Assembly (NCBI GenBank): GCA_023264495.1
Contig: JAHFMM010000002.1
Location: 21,177-55,974 of the forward strand
Length of the DNA: 34,798 nt
From: a bacterium
Lineage (GTDB): Bacteria > Patescibacteriota > Minisyncoccia > Phycocordibacterales > Phycocordibacteraceae
Direction of reading: 5' to 3'
A program made the translations under genes and the position numbers. The notes beneath the pieces were generated by a model. That model saw nothing but the letters and a program-made list of their open reading frames with translations. It did not search any database and had not been told where the DNA came from. Below, in pieces: positions 25,484-34,798 of the stretch. Positions within the stretch are counted from its first letter, which is position 1; each line of letters opens with the position of its first letter.

Positions 25484-26576
25484 CGTGCAAGAAGACGATT
25501 ACATCGCCATCTTGGACAATATATTCTTTGCCTTCGACACGGACGAGGCCTTTCTCTCTCGCGGCGGCATAGGAGCCGAGTTCGAGAAGCTTGTCCCACT
25601 CGATCACTTCGGCGCGGATAAACTTGTCTTTGAAATCATTGTGAATCGCGGCGCCCGCGACTGGCGCAGTGCTCTCGCGCAGTATCGTCCATGCGCGCGT
25701 TTCTTGGATACCAGTGGTGAAGAATGAGATAAGCCCGAGCGTGTCATACGCGCCCTGGATAAGGTCGGCAAGACCATCCCCGCTCACACCGAGCTCCTGG
25801 CGGAAGCTGTCGCGGTCGGTATCGGCGACATCATTGAGCTCCCGTTCGGTCGCCGCATCGACAAAGACATAGCGCGAGCCGAGTGTCTCAATAAGCTCAT
25901 AGGCGCGCTCGGCGCGGCCATCATTCACTTCATCGAGATTGTGGCCGCCGCTCTTCTTGTTGAGCGCATAGAGGATCGGCTTCATCGTAAGGAGATTCAA
26001 GCTCTGGACGAGCTTCTTCTCATCCGCAGTGAGCCCCGCATGCAGTGCGAGCTTCCCCGCCATGAATGCCTGCTCGATCTTCGCTAGCGCGGCATCTTCG
26101 GCCGCCGCGTCCTTCGATCCGGTCTTGATATCGCGCACGAGCTTGTCGCGGCGCTTCCTGACCTGCTCGCCATCGGCAAGGGCGAGTTCCATGTTGATGA
26201 TCTCGATATCCTTATACGGCTCGACTGCGCCCTCGACATGATGCACGTCCGTATCGTCAAAAAAGCGGACGACCTGAAGGATCGCATCAGTCTCGCGAAT
26301 GTTTGCAAGAAATTGGTTGCCGAGCCCTTCGCCCTCGGCCGCACCCTTCACGAGCCCCGCAATATCGACAAACTCGATTGCTGCGGGAATGATTGTGGCC
26401 GTCCCCGAGAACTGCGCGAGTGCGCCGAGCCGTGCATCGGGTACGCCGACCACGCCGACCGAAGGGTCGATGGTACAGAAGGGATAATTCTCTGCCGGCA
26501 CGCTCGCCTTGGTGAGCGCATTAAAAAGCGTGGACTTCCCCACGTTCGGCAGGCCGACGATCCCTATCTTCAACAT
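25479..26576 (-). CDS. ychF: Ribosome-binding ATPase YchF
   Basis: [60 protein letters not shown]. Confidence 0.98.
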   Translation of the reverse strand: MLKIGIVGLPNVGKSTLFNALTKASVPAENYPFCTIDPSVGVVGVPDARLGALAQFSGTATIIPAAIEFVDIAGLVKGAAEGEGLGNQFLANIRETDAILQVVRFFDDTDVHHVEGAVEPYKDIEIINMELALADGEQVRKRRDKLVRDIKTGSKDAAAEDAALAKIEQAFMAGKLALHAGLTADEKKLVQSLNLLTMKPILYALNKKSGGHNLDEVNDGRAERAYELIETLGSRYVFVDAATERELNDVADTDRDSFRQELGVSGDGLADLIQGAYDTLGLISFFTTGIQETRAWTILRESTAPVAGAAIHNDFKDKFIRAEVIEWDKLLELGSYAAAREKGLVRVEGKEYIVQDGDVIVFLHA

Positions 26577-26615
26577 CTCTCTAACCTATCGCGCTTTGTA
26601 CTAAAAAGGAAGAGG

Positions 26616-27119
26616 TTATGCGCGCGGACGAACGAGAGATCGGGCGTAGTGGAGGAGCGCATAGAATATGGCGGTCGCAACGACAAAGAAGAAGATCATG
26701 CCGCCGAAGGAGAGCGGTGGGAGAAGGTCGAAGGTGAGATAGGCGAGGAACCACCACGCAGTGAAGGCGAGCGCCGACCCGAGCGCGAAGGAGATCCGCT
26801 TGCGTGAGAGCGCCCATGAGACGTAGATGATAAGGAGCGAGATCAGCATAAGCGTCCAATAAGCAACCACAAAGACCGGCTGTACGGGCGCCTGTATGGC
26901 ATACGCGACAACGACGAGCGCGAACGAGGCAAGGAGAAGGAGCGTCATGCCCCAGCGGAGCCCGCGTGCAAGAGCATCGAGATGTGCGCGCTCCGCGCGA
27001 TCGATCCGTCCGTCATGCATCGCTTTGAAGTAGGCGAGCTCGCCCCACACGACCATGCAGGCGCCGATACCAGCGCCAAGACCCTGGCAGAAGAGGACGA
27101 ATGAGACGAGTGCCGTCAT
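26616..27119 (-). CDS. Hypothetical multi-pass membrane protein
   Basis: About five hydrophobic segments; ATGA-coupled to the upstream ORF. Confidence 0.75.
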   Translation of the reverse strand: MTALVSFVLFCQGLGAGIGACMVVWGELAYFKAMHDGRIDRAERAHLDALARGLRWGMTLLLLASFALVVVAYAIQAPVQPVFVVAYWTLMLISLLIIYVSWALSRKRISFALGSALAFTAWWFLAYLTFDLLPPLSFGGMIFFFVVATAIFYALLHYARSLVRPRA

Positions 27120-27346
27120 CGTTGCATGAGCGCGGCAAGCTCGGCGCGATATTTCTTCATCACCTCCATCGCCGCTTTCGTCTCGCCTTCCCCGCCCTTC
27201 TTGCGGCGCTCGATCTCGTCGCCGATCTTCTTAAAGAGTTCCGGTTTCTTCGAGACAAGCGCGGTCATCTGCTCGCGCTGCGACTCGGGCAGGTCTTTAA
27301 GCTTCCACTTTGCGTATTGACTGAGGAGGAATCCTTGGACGGACAT
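27116..27346 (-). CDS. Small helical hypothetical protein
   Basis: 76 aa with KKPELFKKIGDEI and AAMEVMKKYRAEL; tight packing with its neighbours. Confidence 0.7.
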   Translation of the reverse strand: MSVQGFLLSQYAKWKLKDLPESQREQMTALVSKKPELFKKIGDEIERRKKGGEGETKAAMEVMKKYRAELAALMQR

Positions 27347-27349
27347 ACG

Positions 27350-27772
27350 TTATTGCAGGGTTGGCCGTTGGATGATGCCGCGAATGGTGCGCGTCGTGAA
27401 ATAAAGTGAGAGGAGTGAAAGGAGTGAAAGAGCCTCGATTGAAGCAAATGATGAGTCAAAGATGCTGAGTCCTGCGCGGTAATGATCTACCGCAGAGGTG
27501 CCGAAGATGAGCGTTCCTACGATGGCGATGAGCGCGTTGAACCAATGGATGCCGAATTGCGCCGGATTCGTGATCCCTGCGGTGATTACCAGTATGATCG
27601 CGGCGATGACCGCATTCGTGGTCGAGAGGGGCAGGTCGGCACCGATCGATTCGGCGACGACAAGAACAAGCGCAGAGACAAGGAAGAGGACGCGCACTTC
27701 GTCTCCATGATAGTGGGCGGTTTTCCGGCGGCGCGGTACCATCTCTCCATCGCTAACATTATCGTATGACAT
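27350..27772 (-). CDS. Hypothetical 4-TM membrane protein
   Basis: Start taken at the ATG at 27772 (TATACT 6 nt upstream); HYHGDEVRVLF, AGITNP. Confidence 0.7.
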   Translation of the reverse strand: MSYDNVSDGEMVPRRRKTAHYHGDEVRVLFLVSALVLVVAESIGADLPLSTTNAVIAAIILVITAGITNPAQFGIHWFNALIAIVGTLIFGTSAVDHYRAGLSIFDSSFASIEALSLLSLLSLYFTTRTIRGIIQRPTLQ

Positions 27773-27808
27773 ATCTGTAGTATACGCCTTCTGCGAATTC
27801 TGCAACTC

Positions 27809-28057
27809 TTAGATAAGGATAGTCGCCTGGTTATGCGAGACCTCGGCGATGCTGTCGTTCGGGACGCTGAAACTCAGCGATTCTCCGCTTGGCGTCTTCA
27901 CGCGCGCTTGCCCCTGACCGAGCCGCGAGATAAACGCCTCATGGTCTGCCAAGATTTCGAAGACACCCTCGATGCCCGGGAGCGTGATAGATATCGCTTC
28001 TCCCTCGAAGAGGTGTTCGCCTACTTTTGCGATCGTGAGATGAAATGCTTTCGCCAT
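27809..28057 (-). CDS. atpC: ATP synthase epsilon subunit (N-terminal beta domain only)
   Basis: LFEGEAISITLPGIEGVFEILADHEAFIS; last gene of the atp operon. Confidence 0.88.
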   Translation of the reverse strand: MAKAFHLTIAKVGEHLFEGEAISITLPGIEGVFEILADHEAFISRLGQGQARVKTPSGESLSFSVPNDSIAEVSHNQATILI

Positions 28058-28065
28058 GGAGATGA

Positions 28066-30368
<2,303 letters not shown>

Positions 30369-30371
30369 AGG

Positions 30372-31928
30372 TTATGCGCTTTGATGCGCCACGAAGGCGT
30401 CAAGCTTCTCGCGAAGCGTCTTTTCGGTTTCCTCGCGGATCTCCTTCGATTCTCTGATAGCGGTGAGTATGCCGCCTGCCTCGCGCGAGAGATATGCGCG
30501 CAGCTTCTCTTCGGCAATTCCGATCTGCGCCGGAGCGATAGTGTCAAGATAACCGTTTGTCGCGGCGAAGATGACCGCCGCCTCCATCTCGAACGAGAGC
30601 GGTACGCCGCGGCCCTGATTCAGGACTTCAGTCATGCGGCGGCCGGTATCGATCCGCTTCTTGGTGTCCGCATCAAGGTCGGACGAGAACTGCATGAACG
30701 CCTCAAGCTCGCGGAACTGGGCGAGTTCGAGCTTGATCTTCCCCGAGACCTTTTTCATCGCTTTCGTCTGTGCCGAGCTTCCCACGCGCGAGACCGAGAT
30801 GCCGACATTGATCGCCGGACGCTGACCTTTGTTAAAGAGGTTCGCTTCAAGATAGATCTGCCCGTCAGTAATCGAGATGACGTTTGTCGGGATATACGCG
30901 GACACATCGCCCTCCTGCGTCTCGATGATCGGCAATGCGGTGAGCGACCCGCCGCCCTTCTCCTTCGAGAGCTTCGCGGCGCGCTCAAGGAGGCGCGAAT
31001 GCAAGTAGAAGATGTCGCCCGGGTATGCCTCGCGGCCCGGCGGACGGCGCAGGAGAAGCGACATCTGCCGATACGCCACCGCCTGTTTCGAGAGATCATC
31101 ATAGATCACGAGCGCGTCCTTCCCCTGCTCCATGAAATATTCGCCGATCGTTGCTCCGGCGAACGGCGCGAGGAACTGGAGCGCGGCTGGTGCCGAAGCG
31201 GGTGCTGTCACTATGATCGAGTACTCCATCGCGCCGCGAGCCGCGAGCTCAGCGACGAGTTTCGCCGTCTTCGATTCCTTTTGGCCGATGGCGACATAAA
31301 TGCAGATAGGGCGAGTCGCGTCCGGTTCATTCTTCTGATTGATGATGGTGTCGATGGCGATACTCGTCTTGCCAGTGCCGCGATCACCGATGATGAGCTC
31401 GCGCTGTCCGCGACCGATCGGGATCATCGCATCGATCGCCTTGATGCCGGTATGGAGCGGGACATTTACTGAAGAACGATCAATGACGCCATACGCTTGC
31501 CGTTCGATCGGGCGATCTTCTTTCGCTTTAGTCGGACCTTTGCCATCAACCGGTTCGCCGAGCGGGTTGACGACCCGCCCAAGGAGCGAATCGCCGACCG
31601 AGATCGAGAGCGGTTTCCCGAGCCGCCGCACCAGCATCCCCTCATGCACGCGGGTCGAGTCGCCAAGGATGACGGCGCGCACCCCGTCTTCTTCAAGATT
31701 GAGGATAAGACCGTAGATTGGCGACGTATCCTTAAGCGCGTCCTCGAGCGTCCGATCAAAGACCGCATCGAAGAGCACCATCTCAGACATCATCGCCTGC
31801 GCAAGCCCGTCAATCTCGGCGATACCGTCACCCGCGGCGCGCACGATGCCGGTCTCCAGGGACGCGCCGCCGCTCGTGGGATCCCACGCAGCGATTTCTT
31901 TCTCAATTCTCTCGATAATGCTCTGCAT
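30372..31928 (-). CDS. atpA: ATP synthase F1 alpha subunit
   Basis: [42 protein letters not shown]. Confidence 0.99.
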   Translation of the reverse strand: MQSIIERIEKEIAAWDPTSGGASLETGIVRAAGDGIAEIDGLAQAMMSEMVLFDAVFDRTLEDALKDTSPIYGLILNLEEDGVRAVILGDSTRVHEGMLVRRLGKPLSISVGDSLLGRVVNPLGEPVDGKGPTKAKEDRPIERQAYGVIDRSSVNVPLHTGIKAIDAMIPIGRGQRELIIGDRGTGKTSIAIDTIINQKNEPDATRPICIYVAIGQKESKTAKLVAELAARGAMEYSIIVTAPASAPAALQFLAPFAGATIGEYFMEQGKDALVIYDDLSKQAVAYRQMSLLLRRPPGREAYPGDIFYLHSRLLERAAKLSKEKGGGSLTALPIIETQEGDVSAYIPTNVISITDGQIYLEANLFNKGQRPAINVGISVSRVGSSAQTKAMKKVSGKIKLELAQFRELEAFMQFSSDLDADTKKRIDTGRRMTEVLNQGRGVPLSFEMEAAVIFAATNGYLDTIAPAQIGIAEEKLRAYLSREAGGILTAIRESKEIREETEKTLREKLDAFVAHQSA

Positions 31929-31931
31929 ATG

Positions 31932-32303
31932 CTATGCGGTTACCTTCTGATAAATCTGGATGAGCGCCTGTTTCGCGCTACGGTCGATGAGCCGCCCTCG
32001 GCTCTGCGCGCGCCAGCCGCGGATGAGTGACGGGTTTATCTCTACCTGCTCTACCGCAATGCCCAGCGTCTTGGCATCTTTGAGGGCTGCCGGAACTTCC
32101 TTAGCCGAGGCAACTTCGAGACGCGGATGCAGAGCGTTCCGGCGCGCTGCAATCGTGCGCAGTTCGCGCACGATCTGCGGGAGCATCTTCATGCGTCCCA
32201 TGCTCTTCAGGTGTCGTACGAGTTTCGTTACCGCGACATCAGCGACTGCCGTCTCTCCCGTGTCCGCAACCGCCTTGAGCAATCTCGTGTAAGAATCAAT
32301 CAT
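31932..32303 (-). CDS. atpH: ATP synthase delta subunit (short)
   Basis: Lies between atpF and atpA; INPSLIRGW...LIDRS matches the OSCP C-terminal pattern; start MIDSY overlaps the end of atpF. Confidence 0.8.
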   Translation of the reverse strand: MIDSYTRLLKAVADTGETAVADVAVTKLVRHLKSMGRMKMLPQIVRELRTIAARRNALHPRLEVASAKEVPAALKDAKTLGIAVEQVEINPSLIRGWRAQSRGRLIDRSAKQALIQIYQKVTA

Positions 32304-32745
32304 GATTGGTACGCAAGATCTTCTCGGCGGCAAGCGTTGCGATCCGCGCGATTTCCCCCTCGCTCTCTCGGAGCGACCTGGCCGCCTCCTCATGCGCGCG
32401 GTCTTCAGCATCGCGAGCGATGCGAACCGCCTGCGTCTCGGCCTCGGTGAGCATGCGCGTCTTGTCAGCTTGTGCAGAGCTCCGCGCGCGCTTGACGATA
32501 TCTTCTGCTTCATGCTCGGCAGCGCTCAAAAGCTGCTGCGCTTCGGTACCGGCACGCGAGAGTTTCTCGGTCGATGCTTCGGCATCCGCGATGCCCTGAG
32601 CGATGACCCGCTCGCGTTCGCGCACCATCTTCAGCACCGGCTTATAGAGGAACCACGTGAGTGCAACGACGAGAAGCACGAAGTTTACCGTCTGCGCGAT
32701 GAGCAGATGCCAGTCGATGCCGAAAGTGGTGAAAAGCGCGGTCAT
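32296..32745 (-). CDS. atpF: ATP synthase Fo subunit b
   Basis: FGIDWHLLIAQTVNF...FLYKPVLKMVRERE followed by a coiled coil. Confidence 0.95.
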   Translation of the reverse strand: MTALFTTFGIDWHLLIAQTVNFVLLVVALTWFLYKPVLKMVRERERVIAQGIADAEASTEKLSRAGTEAQQLLSAAEHEAEDIVKRARSSAQADKTRMLTEAETQAVRIARDAEDRAHEEAARSLRESEGEIARIATLAAEKILRTNHD

Positions 32746-32752
32746 GCGGAGG

Positions 32753-32989
<237 letters not shown>

Positions 32990-32993
32990 TTAA

Positions 32994-33812
32994 TTACGTT
33001 ACTAAAGACACCCTTCGTTCAGAATCATCGAGGAACTCTTCCTCGATCTTCTCAACTTCTTCGTCATGCAATTCTACCGCAATCTTGGTGAAAAAGAGAG
33101 TGAGGAGCGCGAAGATCGCCGCCTGGATGAACCCCACAAAGGTCTCAAACGCGAGAAACGGCACGGGTACGATAAACGGGACGAATAGCATGATGACGAG
33201 CACCAGCACTTTGCCGGCGAAGATATTCCCGAAGAGACGGAAGGAGAACGATACGAGGCGCACCAGCTCAGAAACGAATTCGATGAGCCCCACCATGAAT
33301 GCGAGCGGTGATGAGAAGGTGATGAACTTTCCCGCATACTTCATCACGCCCAAGGTCGTGATACCGGCAATCTCGATGGCAAAGAAAGCAATCAGAGCGA
33401 GCGCGAGCGTCATATTGAGATCCGTTGCGCCCGGATAGAAGAACGGAACGACCTCTGTGACGCCCTTGACCTCTTCGACAATGCCGACCGAGGCGACGAA
33501 TGGCAGAAGTCCGAACCAATTGATCGAGAGAATGAAGAGGAAGATCGTCATGATGAGCGGGAACATCCGATCAGCAAGATCCTCATTGCCCAGCGTCTCG
33601 CGGACGAGATTGTAAGGATACATGATGAGCAACTCGAGAACTGCCTGCGCACCAGTCGGCCTGAGCTTCAATGACCGTCCGACAATAAAAGCGCCTATGA
33701 TGCATACGAGCGATACGACGATCGCCGTAACGAGCGTATTCGGAATCGGGACCGATCCGATATGAAAAAGCGCCAGAGGCGCCAGATGGATTGCTATCCC
33801 GCCATCGTGCAT
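32994..33812 (-). CDS. atpB: ATP synthase Fo subunit a
   Basis: NWFGLLP, TDLNMTLALAL, SFSFRLFGNIFAG, FVGFIQAAIF. Confidence 0.97.
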   Translation of the reverse strand: MHDGGIAIHLAPLALFHIGSVPIPNTLVTAIVVSLVCIIGAFIVGRSLKLRPTGAQAVLELLIMYPYNLVRETLGNEDLADRMFPLIMTIFLFILSINWFGLLPFVASVGIVEEVKGVTEVVPFFYPGATDLNMTLALALIAFFAIEIAGITTLGVMKYAGKFITFSSPLAFMVGLIEFVSELVRLVSFSFRLFGNIFAGKVLVLVIMLFVPFIVPVPFLAFETFVGFIQAAIFALLTLFFTKIAVELHDEEVEKIEEEFLDDSERRVSLVT

Positions 33813-33889
33813 AATGCCTATTGTAGCAGATTGCCATAGTGTATGCTATATACGAGGCAGTGATTACTAATAATAGATACTGATTCATC

Positions 33890-34135
33890 ATGGTAAATGC
33901 AGCATTGTCAAAACCTCTAACCCTCTCGCCCGAACTCGAGGCCGTTATCGGCGCTGGCCCGCTCCCGAGAACAGAGGTTGTGAAGAAACTTTGGGAATAC
34001 ATCAAGAAGCACGATCTCCAGAATCCGGCTAACAAGCGCAATATTCTTGCAGATGAAAAGCTTCGTGTTGTCTTCGGCAAAGATGAAGTAACGATGTTCG
34101 AGATGACGAAGCTCGTCTCAGCACACTTGAAGTAA
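33890..34135 (+). CDS. Stand-alone SWIB/MDM2 domain protein
   Basis: LSPELEAVIG...RTEVVKKLWEYIKKHDLQNPANKRNILADEKL..VFG...MFEMTKLVSAHL. Confidence 0.93.
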   Translation: MVNAALSKPLTLSPELEAVIGAGPLPRTEVVKKLWEYIKKHDLQNPANKRNILADEKLRVVFGKDEVTMFEMTKLVSAHLK

Positions 34136-34159
34136 CACAGGGTGTCCTGTTTGCTCGCT

Positions 34160-34195
34160 ATACGACCCGCCTCACGGCGGGTCGTATCATTTTTT
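34160..34195 (+). terminator. Rho-independent terminator
   Basis: atacgacccgcc-tcac-ggcgggtcgtat followed by a T tract. Confidence 0.85.
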
Positions 34196-34284
34196 CCCTC
34201 TATCACTGTGAACAATCGATTTACTGCTATACGAGCGTGATACATTGAGAAGAGTGGCGTTAGTCACGGGCAATATTTCAAACG

Positions 34285-34798
34285 ATGGCAGAGCCAATCA
34301 TTACCGTCAAAGATCTCAACTTCTACTACGACTATAAAACGCCGTTGCAGATGCTCGCACTCAAGAATGTCAATCTCGAGATTGATCGCGGACAGTATGT
34401 CGTCTTCTTCGGCCCCTCTGGCTGTGGCAAGACGACCCTCGTCTATCTTGTCTCGGGTATCACGACTGGAGACAATGGCACGGGCAAGATAACCGTCAAC
34501 GGCCAGGATATCCTCGGCCTTTCTCGAGACGAGCTTTCGGTATTCCGCCAGACCGGTATCGGCATCATCTTCCAACAATTCAACCTGGTTCCCTCTCTGA
34601 CCGTGCTCGACAACGTTGCGCTCCCGATGACCTTCATCGGCGTGCCGCAGGACAAGCGCCGAAAAGATGCGTATGAGATCTTGAAGCGCTTGAATATGGA
34701 AAAGTATGCCGACCGGTACCCGAGCGAACTCTCGGGAGGACAGCAGCAACGTGTCGGCATCGCACGCGCACTCGCCAACAACCCTCCTATCATCATCG
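34285..34798 (+). CDS. ABC transporter ATP-binding protein (LolD/MacB family), truncated by the window end
   Basis: Manual translation MAEPIITVKDLNF...GPSGCGKTT...IFQQFNL...LSGGQQQRVGIARALAN. Confidence 0.92.
   Translation, partial: MAEPIITVKDLNFYYDYKTPLQMLALKNVNLEIDRGQYVVFFGPSGCGKTTLVYLVSGITTGDNGTGKITVNGQDILGLSRDELSVFRQTGIGIIFQQFNLVPSLTVLDNVALPMTFIGVPQDKRRKDAYEILKRLNMEKYADRYPSELSGGQQQRVGIARALANNPPIII

Noticed and set aside
31756-31769. 14-bp match (tcaaagaccgcatc) in atpA to the right junction of the insertion (13584-13597)
   Set aside because: A few 14-mer coincidences are expected in a 35-kb self-comparison, and it lies in coding sequence with no other supporting structure.

Overview
Bacterial chromosomal segment, mostly on the minus strand. 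Gene content and style (compact housekeeping genes, apparently leaderless starts, typical hypothetical families) suggest Patescibacteria/CPR (Parcubacteria-like); this assignment is inference. Core genes are dnaK-grpE, infA-rpmJ-rpsM-rpsK-rpsD-rpoA-rplQ-rplM-rpsI, an M13 peptidase, ung, mnmA, mltG, leuS, ychF, the atpBEFHAGDC operon, a SWIB protein and a truncated ABC ATPase. The main discovery is a 2.4 kb insertion at the 3' end of the M13 peptidase gene, bounded by an exact 24-bp direct repeat (11204-11227 and 13586-13609). It holds two tandem cassettes carrying unrelated metabolic genes (thrC and a PurH IMP-cyclohydrolase-like domain). Each gene sits in the same non-coding frame: a ~40-bp palindrome, an identical sigma70-type promoter, a covarying 5' hairpin, an SD sequence and a conserved 3' UTR/terminator. 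A PurC-PurE fusion and a tail-collar gene lie in similar palindrome-associated contexts. A family of REP-like hairpins (ARGY-CNN-RCYT core) recurs across the window, and 21-bp in-frame palindromes sit inside leuS and ung. No integrase, transposase, tRNA, rRNA or CRISPR array was seen.
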